A DNA stretch of 64,000 nt. Source: Planctomycetota bacterium. Lineage in GTDB: Bacteria > Planctomycetota > UBA1135 > UBA2386. A model generated the notes under the pieces. It saw nothing but the letters and a program-made list of their open reading frames with translations. It made no database searches and had not been told where the DNA came from. This document shows, piece after piece, positions 30,282 through 40,287 of the stretch. Where the stretch lies: positions 4,384,001 through 4,448,000 of the forward strand of contig JBKAGP010000001.1 in assembly GCA_046290465.1 (NCBI GenBank), written 5' to 3'. The stretch's first letter is position 1; every line of letters begins with the position of its first letter. The translations under genes and the position numbers were made by a program.

Positions 30282-31611
30282 CGCCGCGGCGCGCAGCGAC
30301 GGCGCGCGCGCGGGCTTCGTGCAGCGCGGCCCGGAAGGCCTCGAGGTCGTCCGGGAATCGCTGCCGCAGCGCGCCCGCGTCGACGTCGCCGCAGGCGTCG
30401 CGCAGCATCGTCAGGTCGCGCATCAGCCGGTCGCGCACGGCGAAGCCCTCGTGTGCGAAGCCGAGGCGGCCGGCCGAGTCTGCGGCGACGGCCAGCGCAA
30501 ACGGCTCGAGCGGGTAGTCCTTGGCGCGGAAGTAGTCGTCGTAGAGGCCGGCGAGCGTGCCGGCGCGCAGCTCGTCGAACCGCCGCACCTCGAGGTGCAG
30601 CGCCGCGACGTGCTTGCACAGTGTCGCGGTGCGCTGGTCGATCAGGCCGGGCCACTGCGTCTGCAGGTGCTCGATGTGCGGCACGCCGGCGCCTTCGTGG
30701 CCGCGGTGGTGGGGGAACGCGTCGGGTTCGGTGTCGGACTTGCCGAGGTCGTGGCACAGCACCGCGAACAGCGTCGCGGTGCGGTCGCGTTCGTCGAGGT
30801 GGGTCGTGTGCTGCACGGCCCACTCGAGCGCCAGGATCATGTGCAGGCTCTGGCTGACCTCCGGATGCCAGCGCTGCGGGCCGGCCGGGCGTCCGTCGAA
30901 CTGCTGGTCGAGCACCGCCGAGATCGTCGCCAGCAACCCGACCTCGTGCAGGTCGAGCAGGCAGCGGCCGGGCGATGGCGTCTTCTGCACGATCGCGCGC
31001 AGTTCGAGCGCGACGGCTTCCTTGGGCAGGTCGAGCAGCAGCCGTGGATCGAGCTGGCGCCGCAGGCCGCGGATCGAGCCGTCGACGACGAAGCCGAACT
31101 CGTGCGCCTTGCGGAAGTAGCGCAGCCAGCGGATGCCGTGCTCCTGCACCCGCTGCGCGGCGTCGCCGACCGGCGCGATCCGGCGCAGTCGAAAGTGCTG
31201 CAGGCCGCCGAACGGGTCGTGCACCTTGCCGCTGGCGACCTCGATCGCGATCGCGCCGATGGTCATGTCGCGCTCGGACAGGTCGGCGCGGATGCGCTGC
31301 GCGAGCGGCGCGTCGACGTCGCCGGCCCGGAACGTGGTGATCTCGATGCGTTCGCCGCCGATCTTCGCCGCCAGCGTGCCGCGCTCGACGCTGCCGGCGG
31401 TGGTTGGTACCAGGCAGCCGTGCCGTTCGAGCAGGGCATGGCCGCGTTCGTGGTCGAGCGCCCAGGCCAGGTCGAGATCGCTCGGGTCGGGCCCGTCGAT
31501 GCCGGCCTCGCGACACGCGGCGGCCAGCGCCTGCGAGCCGACCACGCAGACGCCGAGTTCGGGCGCCGCGAGCCACGGCGCGTGCTGCCGGACGAAGGCG
31601 ACCGCTTGCAA
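30271..31611 (-). CDS. divergent class II tRNA nucleotidyltransferase (CCA/CC-adding-like) with HD domain
   Basis: VVG...DLD, EITTFR, DLSERDMTIGAIA, DPFGG, WHPE, LCHDLGK, HRGHE, ADSAGRLG; TTG start inferred just after the antiporter stop. Confidence 0.8.
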   Translation of the reverse strand: MQAVAFVRQHAPWLAAPELGVCVVGSQALAAACREAGIDGPDPSDLDLAWALDHERGHALLERHGCLVPTTAGSVERGTLAAKIGGERIEITTFRAGDVDAPLAQRIRADLSERDMTIGAIAIEVASGKVHDPFGGLQHFRLRRIAPVGDAAQRVQEHGIRWLRYFRKAHEFGFVVDGSIRGLRRQLDPRLLLDLPKEAVALELRAIVQKTPSPGRCLLDLHEVGLLATISAVLDQQFDGRPAGPQRWHPEVSQSLHMILALEWAVQHTTHLDERDRTATLFAVLCHDLGKSDTEPDAFPHHRGHEGAGVPHIEHLQTQWPGLIDQRTATLCKHVAALHLEVRRFDELRAGTLAGLYDDYFRAKDYPLEPFALAVAADSAGRLGFAHEGFAVRDRLMRDLTMLRDACGDVDAGALRQRFPDDLEAFRAALHEARARAVAARRGATS

Positions 31612-31613
31612 GA

Positions 31614-32594
31614 TCAGCCCGCCCCGGTGGAGTCGGTCAGCACCTTGAACGTCAGGAAGCCCGCGTAGGCGATGGCCATCAGCACGCCGAGCGGACGCGG
31701 CACGCCCTTGGCGCCGCGCAGGATCAGCACCAGCACGATCGTCGCCGCGACGGTGACGCCGAGGTCGAGGAACTCGGGTGCAAACGCAAACGGCTTGAGC
31801 AGGCCGGCGCCGCCGAGCACCGCACCGATGTTGAAGATGTTGCTGCCGATCACGTTGCCGATGCAGATCTCCGGCTGGCCGCGCAGCGCCGCGACCGCCG
31901 ACGTCGCCAGCTCCGGCATGCTGGTGCCGATCGCGATCACCGTCAGGCCGATGACGTTGGGGCTCATGCCGAGGTCCTCGGCGACGACGGCGGCGCCCTC
32001 GACGAGCCAGTCGGCGGAGTAGGCGAGCACGATGAAGCCGGCGCTCAGCAGCAGCGTGTGGATCAGCCAGCCGCGCGGCGTCGCCGGCGGTCGCTCCTCC
32101 TGCAGGCCGAGCGCCTTGCGCTCGCGCCGTTCGCGCGCCAGCAGCTGGCCGACGAACACGACCAGCACCGTCAGCATGATCGCCGCGTGCCAGCGGGCCA
32201 GGAACGAGCCGAAGAACGGCAGGCACAGGATCGCCGTCAGCAGCATCATGAAGCCGAGCTCGAACCAGCGCGTGCTCAGCTTGATCGAGCGGATCGCGGC
32301 CGTCACCCCGACGATCAGCAGGATGTTCGCGATGTTGCTGCCCATGACGTTGCCCATCGCCAGGTCGGCGTGGTCGTCGGCCGCGGTCAGCGTCACCAGC
32401 AGCTCCGGCAGCGACGTGCCGATCGACACCAGGGTCAGGCCGACGGCCATCTGGCTCATGCCCATGGTCAGCGCGATCCAGACCGCACCGCGCACCAGCA
32501 GCTCGGCGCCGACGACCAGGCCGACGAGGCCGACCAGCACGGCGAGGATCGGGTAGTCGCTCGCCCAGGTCGGGTGATCCGCGAACAGAAGCAT
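31614..32594 (-). CDS. Na+/Ca2+ antiporter (YrbG family)
   Basis: Two alpha repeats: GTSLPEL/GNVMGSNIAN and GTSMPEL/GNVIGSNIFN. Confidence 0.93.
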   Translation of the reverse strand: MLLFADHPTWASDYPILAVLVGLVGLVVGAELLVRGAVWIALTMGMSQMAVGLTLVSIGTSLPELLVTLTAADDHADLAMGNVMGSNIANILLIVGVTAAIRSIKLSTRWFELGFMMLLTAILCLPFFGSFLARWHAAIMLTVLVVFVGQLLARERRERKALGLQEERPPATPRGWLIHTLLLSAGFIVLAYSADWLVEGAAVVAEDLGMSPNVIGLTVIAIGTSMPELATSAVAALRGQPEICIGNVIGSNIFNIGAVLGGAGLLKPFAFAPEFLDLGVTVAATIVLVLILRGAKGVPRPLGVLMAIAYAGFLTFKVLTDSTGAG

Positions 32595-32690
32595 GCGCGC
32601 ATCCTACGCGGCGCGCCGCGAGACACCCGACATTTGCGCGCGCCGGTGATCGGCTCCAGATCGCCGGTGCCATCGGCCGATCAGAGCGTC

Positions 32691-33413
32691 ATGCGCGCGT
32701 TCCGAACGTTGGCGCTGCTGAGCTGCCTGGTGCTCTGCGGCTGTCTGGAAATCGAACAGACGATCACGCTGAAGGCCGACGGGTCGGGCACGCAGACCGT
32801 GAAGATGGATCTGCGCGACAGCCTGATCAAGGAGCTGCGCCAGCGGCAGCCGGCGGCGCGGCTGGGGGAGTCGGGCGACCCGACCGCGGTGTTCTACGAG
32901 CAGAAGACGCGCACCGAACTGACGGCCGCCGGCCTGGAGCTGACCGCGCACAAGGTCGAGCAGAAGGGCGGCCACCGCACCGTCGACCTGACCGCGTCGT
33001 TCGGCGACTTCGAGACCCTGCGCAAGAGCCCGCTGTGCGGCTCGTCGGCCGAGTGGGAGCTGGTCGAAGGGCCGAAGCGGGGACTCGCCAAGCTGACGCT
33101 CTACCCGCAGGGCAAGGTCGCCTGGCAGCAGGCGCGCGCCCGCGCGGCGAAGATGCAGGACCAGCTCGACCCGGTCGCGGAGGAGTTCTTCCGCAAGCGG
33201 CAGGCGCAGCTGAAGGGGCTCGACGTCGCGTTCCGGTTCCGCGTGCCCGGCAAGGTGCTGGTCTGGACCAAGAACATGGAGAAGGTCTCGGATCACGAGG
33301 TGCTGGCGCGGGTTACCGCATCCCAGATCAAGACCCCGAAGGACCTCGTGCGGCGCCTGGCACCCCGCTATGAGCTGATCTTCGACGCGCGCGGCACCGA
33401 GCTGTTCGAGTAG
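32691..33413 (+). CDS. hypothetical lipoprotein (LppM-like N-terminus)
   Basis: LCGC lipobox followed by EQTITLKADGSG; PGKV..TN-like motif near the C-terminus. Confidence 0.75.
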   Translation: MRAFRTLALLSCLVLCGCLEIEQTITLKADGSGTQTVKMDLRDSLIKELRQRQPAARLGESGDPTAVFYEQKTRTELTAAGLELTAHKVEQKGGHRTVDLTASFGDFETLRKSPLCGSSAEWELVEGPKRGLAKLTLYPQGKVAWQQARARAAKMQDQLDPVAEEFFRKRQAQLKGLDVAFRFRVPGKVLVWTKNMEKVSDHEVLARVTASQIKTPKDLVRRLAPRYELIFDARGTELFE

Positions 33414-33593
33414 CCGCGCCTTACCGTTTCGGCTGCGAAACGGTCGGCCCGCGAGGCCGCGAGAAACCTCGGAACAGGCCGGAACCCGCCTGGGACGCAG
33501 GCGTTCGGCCCCGGCGCGGTACGCCTTCTGCCACGCCGGCCAACGCCGGCAATCCCGGCCGGCACTCCCTGCCGGTGACCTCGAGGTTCTCCA

Positions 33594-36032
33594 ATGACCC
33601 GTCTGTTCCAGACCTTCGCGTTCCTTCTCTCCGCGCCACTGATGGCGCAGGGCCTGCTGATCGGGCCCGACCCGCAGGCCGCGACGACGACCACGCCGTC
33701 GACGTCGCACACGACCCGGCCCGGCGTGCACATCACCAGCACCAAGGTGCACGCCAAGATCGTCGACGGCGTCGCGACCACGACGATCGACCAGGTGATC
33801 CGCAACAACGGCAACCGCATCGCCGAGGGCACCTGGTTCCTGCCATTGCCGGCGGGTGCGGTGGCCGACGCGTTCACGATGAGCGTCGGCGGCAAGGAGA
33901 TCTCGGGAGAGGTGCTCGACGCCGGCCAGGCGCGCAACGTCTACGAGTCGATCGTGCGCCGCCGCCGCGATCCGGGGCTGCTCGAATACGCCGGCGAAGG
34001 CATGCTGCGCGCGCGCATCTTCCCGATCCCGGCCAACGGTGAGGTCGGCGTCACGGTGCGGCTGCGGCAGGTGATCCAGCCGACTGGCGGGATGTACGAG
34101 TGGAGCTGGCCGTTGCGCGTGGCGCGGCTCGGCGATGCGAAGTCGGGGCCGATCGGTCTGCAGGTCGAGATCGAGTCGCAGACGGCGCTCAGCTCGGTCG
34201 TCACGCCGCACCCGGGCGCCGAGGTCAAGCGCAGTGGTGAGCACAAGGCACTGGTCAGCGTCGAGGGGGCGAACGGCGACTTCGAGGACCTGCGCGTGCT
34301 CTACGGCCTGACCACGCAGGAGTTCGGCCTGCACCTGCTGCCCTACCGGATGAAGGGCGAGCCGGGCTACTTCACGGCCCTGCTGTCGCCGCCGCGCACG
34401 CTCGCCGACGCCAAGGTCCCGCCGCGGCTGGTGCAGCTGGTCGTCGACACGTCGGGCTCGATGAAGGGCGACAAGATCCAGCAGGCCAAGGCGTCGCTGG
34501 GCACGTTCTTGAAGAGCCTGCGCGAGGAGGACGAGTTCCAGATCCTGACGTTCAGTTCGGCGGTGCAGCCGTTCTTCGAGGCGCCGCGCAAGGCGACCGC
34601 GGCGAACGTCGAGGCCGCGCTGGCGCGCGTCGGCACGCTCGAGGCGATGGGCGGCACCAACATCGGCGACGCGCTGCAGGCGGCGCTCGATGCGACCGCG
34701 CCCAAGGACGACGGTCGGGCGCTGCTGCCGCAGATCATCTTCATCACCGACGGCCAGCCGACGGTCGGCCTGACGCGGCCCAACCAGATCCTCGAGCTGA
34801 CCCGGCAGGCCGACAAGGCCAAGGCGCGCATCTTCGCGCTCGGCGTCGGCGACCAGATCGACGTGCGTCTGCTCGACGACCTGGTCGAGCAGCACCGTGG
34901 TGCGCGTGACTTCGTCGGCAACAAGGAGAAGATCGAGGCCAAGGTCGACGCGCTGTGCCAGAAGATCTCGCGGCCGGCGCTGACCGACGTGAAGGTGCAG
35001 TTCGTCGGGCTCGACGCGTTCCAGTCGCACCCCGACAAGACGCGGGACCTGTTCTGTGGCGAGATGATGCAGATCGTCGGTCGCTACCGCAGCACCGGCA
35101 CGCACACGGTCGTCGTGACCGGCAAGCAGAACGGCGTCGAGAAGCACTACGAGTTCTCGGTCGACTTCCCGGAGGCGTCGGCGAAGCACTCGTTCGTGCA
35201 GACGCTGTGGGCGCGCCAACACGTGGCGTCGCTGCTCGACGAGATCCGTCGCAACGGCCAGAAGCGCGAACTGATCACCGAGGTCCGTTCGCTGGCGACG
35301 CGCTACGGCATCGTCACGCCCTACACGTCGCAGCTGATCGTCGAGGAGGGCATGCGCCTGGCCGGTGAGGTGCCGCAGCCGCAGCGCCGCTACCGTGGTC
35401 CGGGCGACAGCACGCCGCGTTGGGGCGATCGACGCGGAGGTCGGGTCGCGCTGGGTGGCGGTGGTGGTGGTGCCACCGGTGGGCCGTCGGGTCCGGGTGC
35501 TCCGGCGCCTTCGGGTCCGTCGACGGGCGGGCCGACCGGGTCGGCCGGTGCTCCCGCTGCGAGTGGTCCGATCACGGGTGGCCGCGGCCTCGCGGACCTC
35601 GGCCGCGCCCGCACCGGTCGCAACGCCGTCGAGGAGAGCAAGGCGCTGAAGCCGGCGGCCGACGACTTCTACCTCGGCAGCACGCGTCAGGCGAAGAAGA
35701 AGGGTTCGGCTCCGGATGGCGAGGCCGACGATGCCAAGGATCGCGAACTGATCGTGCGGGCCGTGGGCCGCGTGTTCGTGCGGGTCGGCGAGGACCTGGT
35801 CGAACAGGGGCTGCCGAAGGAGTGGCGCAGGCAGGTCGTGGTCGTCGAGGCGTTCTCGAAGGCCTACTTCGAACTGCTGAAGCAGAAGCCGGCGCTCAGC
35901 AAGATCCTGGCGCTCGGCGAGCGCGTCGTCTTCCGCGACGGCAAGCGCATCGTGCACGTGAAGCCGGCGAAGCCGGTCGAGCCCGCCAAGGGTGCGGAGC
36001 AACCGGCCGAGAAGAAGGCCGTGATCAAGTAG
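33594..36032 (+). CDS. secreted VIT + vWA domain protein (inter-alpha-trypsin-inhibitor-like)
   Basis: Signal peptide; VIT (RDPGLLEY, ARIFPI); MIDAS DTSGSM, GGTNI, FITDGQPT; YGIVTPYTS; Gly/Pro-rich insert. Confidence 0.9.
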   Translation: MTRLFQTFAFLLSAPLMAQGLLIGPDPQAATTTTPSTSHTTRPGVHITSTKVHAKIVDGVATTTIDQVIRNNGNRIAEGTWFLPLPAGAVADAFTMSVGGKEISGEVLDAGQARNVYESIVRRRRDPGLLEYAGEGMLRARIFPIPANGEVGVTVRLRQVIQPTGGMYEWSWPLRVARLGDAKSGPIGLQVEIESQTALSSVVTPHPGAEVKRSGEHKALVSVEGANGDFEDLRVLYGLTTQEFGLHLLPYRMKGEPGYFTALLSPPRTLADAKVPPRLVQLVVDTSGSMKGDKIQQAKASLGTFLKSLREEDEFQILTFSSAVQPFFEAPRKATAANVEAALARVGTLEAMGGTNIGDALQAALDATAPKDDGRALLPQIIFITDGQPTVGLTRPNQILELTRQADKAKARIFALGVGDQIDVRLLDDLVEQHRGARDFVGNKEKIEAKVDALCQKISRPALTDVKVQFVGLDAFQSHPDKTRDLFCGEMMQIVGRYRSTGTHTVVVTGKQNGVEKHYEFSVDFPEASAKHSFVQTLWARQHVASLLDEIRRNGQKRELITEVRSLATRYGIVTPYTSQLIVEEGMRLAGEVPQPQRRYRGPGDSTPRWGDRRGGRVALGGGGGGATGGPSGPGAPAPSGPSTGGPTGSAGAPAASGPITGGRGLADLGRARTGRNAVEESKALKPAADDFYLGSTRQAKKKGSAPDGEADDAKDRELIVRAVGRVFVRVGEDLVEQGLPKEWRRQVVVVEAFSKAYFELLKQKPALSKILALGERVVFRDGKRIVHVKPAKPVEPAKGAEQPAEKKAVIK

Positions 36033-36072
36033 CGCGCTCGCAGTCGGGCGCCGGCCGCGCGACGATGCCGAC

Positions 36073-36408
36073 ATGATCGGCATCGCGCGCTGGCTGTTCA
36101 CGTTGGTGGGAGGGGTGCTGGTCGGCGCCGGCCTCGTGCTGCACGGCCAGGTCGCGCTGGCGCGCTACATGCGCGACGAGGTCGACAACACGTTCTTCCT
36201 GTGGCGCGCGCTGGGCGAGGCGACGTTCGTGTTCCAGGGCGGTGAGACGCGGATGGCGCTCGCCATGTCCGAGGTGCCGCCCGAAGCGCTGCATCACAGC
36301 GACCGCGCCGCGTGGGTGCTGGTCATCGTCGGGGGGCTGGTCGCGCTGACCGGCCCGCTGCTGCGGCGCGGCCGCGGCGGCAGACCGCAAGCCGCCAGGA
36401 AGCGCTGA
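36073..36408 (+). CDS. small hypothetical membrane protein (2 TM)
   Basis: Two hydrophobic segments and coding-like codon usage. Confidence 0.6.
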   Translation: MIGIARWLFTLVGGVLVGAGLVLHGQVALARYMRDEVDNTFFLWRALGEATFVFQGGETRMALAMSEVPPEALHHSDRAAWVLVIVGGLVALTGPLLRRGRGGRPQAARKR

Positions 36409-36500
36409 TCCGTCGGTCTGCGTCCCGCAGGCGCTGGTTCGCCCCGCGGCGGGAGTCGTTGCGCCCGCGACGGCCGGAGCCGGTCCGTGAGGCCTCGTCC

Positions 36501-36544
36501 CGGAACCACAGAGTTGCGGACCAGAGTTGCGGAACCAGAGTTGC
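36501..36544. repeat. short tandem repeat, GGA(A)C..CAGAGTTGC x3
   Basis: CAGAGTTGC occurs three times at 13-14 bp spacing just past the stop of the HEAT-vWA gene. Confidence 0.75.
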
Positions 36545-36548
36545 CGAC

Positions 36549-38327
36549 TCAGACGTCGCGGAACTTGCCGCCGTTCTCCTTGGCCATGCGGCGCATCAGC
36601 TCCTTGGGGGTGAGGCTCATGCCGCGTTGCTGGGCGGCGACCTGGGGGGGCGTCTCGGAGCTGATGAAGACCGTGTTGATGCGCACTTCCTTGAAGCGGT
36701 TGACCTCCTGCGTCAGGCGCAGGATCTCGACCGGGTCGATGACGTCGCCGACCGAGGGCGCGCCGTCCGACAGCAGGAAGATCTCGTCGACGGTGGTCTC
36801 GTAGTGGTTGCCGTAGACCAGCGTCTTGATGCCGAGCGCCTTCTCCATGCCGCTCCACAGGTTGGTGCCGCCGAGCGGGCGCAGCTTCTCGACGAACTTG
36901 GCGAACCGCTGCTTGTTGCGCTTGTTGGCCGGGATCAGGTCCTTGTTCCAGGCTTCGGCCTCGTCGTCGCCGTTGAACGTCACCAGGTTGAACTGCGCGT
37001 TCGGCGCGAGGCCGTCGACCGCCTTCATCAGCTCGCGCTTGGCGTAGTCGAGGCGGCGCAGCTTCTTGCCGCCGTCGTTCATCGGCCAGTCCATGCTGCC
37101 GGACAGGTCGAGGATGAACACGACGCGCGTGCCCTCGACCGGGATGCCGACGAACCCGGCGGCCGACGTGCCCGAGCTTGGCTTCGTGTCCGAGGTCGGC
37201 GTCGTCGCGACGACCATCTTGTCCTGCTCGCGGTCCCACAGCTCGCGCCACTTGTCGGGCTGGTCCGCCGAGAACACCGCGCCGGTCATGCCGACCAGCA
37301 GCTCATGCGCCTTGAACTGCAGCAGGCCGGACAGCCGGCCGTTCTCGACGTCCTTCGGGTTGTCGCGGAAGCGCTCGAGCACGGCGATCAGCGCCGGCAC
37401 GGCTTCGACCGAACGGAAGTCGTCGAGCAGCCGGACCAGCACCATGTCGGCGCGCCAGGTGGTGCGGCCGAGCGCCGAGATCGCGGCGCGCACCGCGTCG
37501 CGCGCGGTCGGCGGCGGCGGCAGCGGCTTCTCGTCGGCCTTCGGCGCGTCGTCGCGCAGCTTGCCGCGATTGCGCTTGTCCTCTTCCTTGCGGCGGTGTT
37601 CGCCGTAGATCTTGCGCAGCGCCTTGGCGGCAGTGACCAGCACCGCGTCGTCGGCTTCGTTCTCGAGCACGCCGATCAGGGCCTTCTGCGACGCGGTGTC
37701 GCCGATGTGCTCGAGCGCCTGCACCGCGTGCAGCCGCGTGACGACGTCGTCGTCGCCGAGCGCACCGGTGATCACCTCCGCGTAGGCTGGATCGCCGATG
37801 TGGCCGAGACCGAGCAGGGCCGCAGCGCGCAGCGCCGACGCGCCCTTGCGCACCTTCCACTCGCCGCGCGCGCCGGCCGCCAGCTCGTCCTTCGCCGGCT
37901 TGCCGCCCATCTTGGCGAGCGCCGCCAGCGCCTTCGAACGCACGCTGTAGGGCGCCATCGCGTAGGTGTACTTGCCCTTGTCGTCGAGCCCGACCGCGGC
38001 CACCTCGGCGATCGCGCGCGCCGCTTCGGCGTCGTTGCGCTCGGCCAGCACCTTGAGGATCAGCTCGAGGTCGCCGGCCCAGGTCGGGTTGCCGAGGTCG
38101 TTCTTGTCGCGGACCTTGTACTTGAGCGCGACCGACTTCTTGCCGAGCGGCTGCGGGCTACGGAAGTCGATCCGGCCCTTGCGGTAGAGCTTCATCCACG
38201 CGTCGAGCGCCTTCAGCGGTCGGGCGTCGGAGCCTTGGACGTGGTGGACGACGGGCGCCGTCGCGGGGCGCTCGACGGGCGTCGTGGGGGCGACGCAGCA
38301 GATCGTGGCGAACAGGAGTGCGAGCAT
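36549..38327 (-). CDS. exported HEAT-repeat + vWA domain protein
   Basis: HEAT units (LRAAALLGLGHIGD, TRLHAVQALEHIGD); FVGIP...FILDLSGSM, GGTNL, FLLSDGAP. Confidence 0.88.
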   Translation of the reverse strand: MLALLFATICCVAPTTPVERPATAPVVHHVQGSDARPLKALDAWMKLYRKGRIDFRSPQPLGKKSVALKYKVRDKNDLGNPTWAGDLELILKVLAERNDAEAARAIAEVAAVGLDDKGKYTYAMAPYSVRSKALAALAKMGGKPAKDELAAGARGEWKVRKGASALRAAALLGLGHIGDPAYAEVITGALGDDDVVTRLHAVQALEHIGDTASQKALIGVLENEADDAVLVTAAKALRKIYGEHRRKEEDKRNRGKLRDDAPKADEKPLPPPPTARDAVRAAISALGRTTWRADMVLVRLLDDFRSVEAVPALIAVLERFRDNPKDVENGRLSGLLQFKAHELLVGMTGAVFSADQPDKWRELWDREQDKMVVATTPTSDTKPSSGTSAAGFVGIPVEGTRVVFILDLSGSMDWPMNDGGKKLRRLDYAKRELMKAVDGLAPNAQFNLVTFNGDDEAEAWNKDLIPANKRNKQRFAKFVEKLRPLGGTNLWSGMEKALGIKTLVYGNHYETTVDEIFLLSDGAPSVGDVIDPVEILRLTQEVNRFKEVRINTVFISSETPPQVAAQQRGMSLTPKELMRRMAKENGGKFRDV

Positions 38328-38394
38328 CTCGGTGGAGGCCGGCTGGGAGCCGGCAGGCCCCACTCTAGCCAGGACCGCCGCCGAGTTGCGCGCG

Positions 38395-39567
38395 TCAGCG
38401 ACCTTCGTGCACTTCGATCTCGAACGTCACCTGTCCCTGCTCGCCGAACATGCGCAGCAGGGTGTCGTGGCGCACGACCTCGCTGCGCGGCGCGACCCAG
38501 CTCGGGCCGCAGCTGCTCTCGACGACCTTCATGTTGGGCAGGATGGTCGTCATCGAGCCGTGCAGGTCGCTCATGTCGCCGAACACGACGAACAGCTTCG
38601 GGAAGACCTCGGGCCGGCGCGTGTTGAGCTCCTTGAGTTCGAGCTGCTCACGCTGCGGGTCGCTGGCGACCGGCAGGCCGATGTACTTGGTCACGTTGGC
38701 GAGGCGGCGTCGTTCCAGCGCCGGGCCGTAGAAGCGCTCGATGTCCTCCTCCGGCGCGTGCTCGGACAGGCTGGGCACCCGCTCGAGCCAGGTCACGGCG
38801 AAGTCCAGGTCGCGCTGCAGGTCGGCGTCGCGGATGAACAGCCGCTCGCGTTCGCGCAGGTCGATCAGCAGCTCGCCGAAGTCCCGCAGTTCGCTGGCGT
38901 TGTCGATGACCCGGCGGATCGCGGCGACGCGGTTGCTGTCCGGATCGCGCATCATGCGCATGCCGATCGACGCCTCGTGGTAGCGCTGCTCCAGCTGGTT
39001 GGCCGCCTCGCGGGCCAGCACCTGCATCGTCAGCGGCTGTGCGTTGGAGAATAGCGGGTTGCTGGTGAGCGCCGGGCTGGCCGAACGCATGTGCTGGCGC
39101 GGCTGCAGGCCGCTCGGGCCGCGGTCGTTGCTGGCCAGCGTCTCGTGCGGGCGCGGCTGCATCGTGCCGCCGTCCACGTCGGGATTGCTGCGGGCGATGT
39201 CGTGGCCGGTCGACGGCGCCGGGTCGTCCTTCTGCAAGAACGTCACGCCGATCAGCAGCGCGGCGGCGGCGGCGGCGCCGGTCAGCCCGTAGCGCACCTT
39301 GGTCCAGATGGCGACCGGCTCGTGGAACACCGCGTCCGGGGTGCCTTCGCCGGCGTGGATGCGCTCCCACAGGCCTTCGCGGAACTGGTGGCCGACCTCG
39401 GTCGGCTTCAGCGACAGCGTCAGGTTCTGGGCGGCCTGGAGCTCCTTCCAGAACTGGCCGCAAGACTCGCACGACTCGGCGTGGTCGAGCACGACAGCGC
39501 GGCGACCCGACGGCAGACGGCCGTCGAGGCACTGGGACAGTTCGTAGCGACAGGTGTTGCAGTTCAT
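38395..39567 (-). CDS. zf-HC2 anti-sigma factor
   Basis: MNCxxC...LDG...HAESCESC, then one TM and an extracytoplasmic domain; directly downstream of the ECF sigma. Confidence 0.85.
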   Translation of the reverse strand: MNCNTCRYELSQCLDGRLPSGRRAVVLDHAESCESCGQFWKELQAAQNLTLSLKPTEVGHQFREGLWERIHAGEGTPDAVFHEPVAIWTKVRYGLTGAAAAAALLIGVTFLQKDDPAPSTGHDIARSNPDVDGGTMQPRPHETLASNDRGPSGLQPRQHMRSASPALTSNPLFSNAQPLTMQVLAREAANQLEQRYHEASIGMRMMRDPDSNRVAAIRRVIDNASELRDFGELLIDLRERERLFIRDADLQRDLDFAVTWLERVPSLSEHAPEEDIERFYGPALERRRLANVTKYIGLPVASDPQREQLELKELNTRRPEVFPKLFVVFGDMSDLHGSMTTILPNMKVVESSCGPSWVAPRSEVVRHDTLLRMFGEQGQVTFEIEVHEGR

Positions 39568-39583
39568 TGGCTGTGTGTCGTCC

Positions 39584-40144
39584 TCACACCTTGATCAGGC
39601 GACTGACCAGCGAGGTGAAACGTTGGCGCGCGCGGAACAGGCGCGTCGAGACCGTCTTGACCGGGCAGCCCATCACGGCGGCTGCATCCTCGTAACTCAT
39701 CCCTTCGACTTCGCAGAGCAGGAAGGCCTCCCGGAACTTGGTCGGCAGCTCCGCGATTGCCTGCTCGATCGCCTCCTGCGCCTCGCGGGTCTCGGCGACC
39801 TCGTCGGGCTGCTCGCTGGTGCCGTCCTGCGGCGTGAACGGCTGCTCGTCGTCCTTCTGCAGGTCGCGGAACAGGCTCAGCTTGAACTTGCGGCGACGCA
39901 GCTGGTCGAGGCACAGGTTGCGCGCGACGCGGAACAGCCAGGGGCGGAACGCGGCGGTCGGCACCTGGTTGAGGTGGCGGTAGAGCGCCAGGAATGCGTC
40001 TTGCGCGACGTCCTCGGCGGCGATCGGGTCCCCGAGCAGCCGGCTCGCGTAGGCCTTGAGGCTGTCGGCGTGCTCGGCCAGGGCGCGATGGTAGGCGACC
40101 ATCGTGACCGGATCTGGCTGGTACTCGGTGTTGGACTGGGCCAT
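39584..40144 (-). CDS. ECF RNA polymerase sigma-70 factor
   Basis: AEDVAQDAF, FRPWLFRVARNLCLD, EGMSYEDAA..MGCPVKTVSTRLFRAR. Confidence 0.95.
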   Translation of the reverse strand: MAQSNTEYQPDPVTMVAYHRALAEHADSLKAYASRLLGDPIAAEDVAQDAFLALYRHLNQVPTAAFRPWLFRVARNLCLDQLRRRKFKLSLFRDLQKDDEQPFTPQDGTSEQPDEVAETREAQEAIEQAIAELPTKFREAFLLCEVEGMSYEDAAAVMGCPVKTVSTRLFRARQRFTSLVSRLIKV

Positions 40145-40287
40145 GCGAGAGGGGTTCGGGACGGATTCCGCAGCCTCAGGGTATCATCGGCTGTGGATAG
40201 ACCTTGGAGGACGGCAACGGTGGGGGGAAACTCCTTGGACGGCGAAAATCGCTCGCTGCAGCGAGGTTCGGCCTAATCGAGGATCCC

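Noticed and set aside
32604..36101. 1165-aa minus-strand ORF and many similar long ORFs (for example 1635-4328, 14568-16577, 27327-29642, 43636-45666)
   Set aside because: Antisense or off-frame shadows of motif-supported genes, expected in high-GC DNA; Arg/Ala/Pro-rich with no recognisable motifs.
36501..36544. Triple CAGAGTTGC repeat as iterons or a mini-CRISPR
   Set aside because: Units are too short and adjacent; it looks like slippage duplication at a gene end.
40192..40200. TGTGGATAG as a DnaA box
   Set aside because: Single one-mismatch copy, with no cluster or AT-rich unwinding region.
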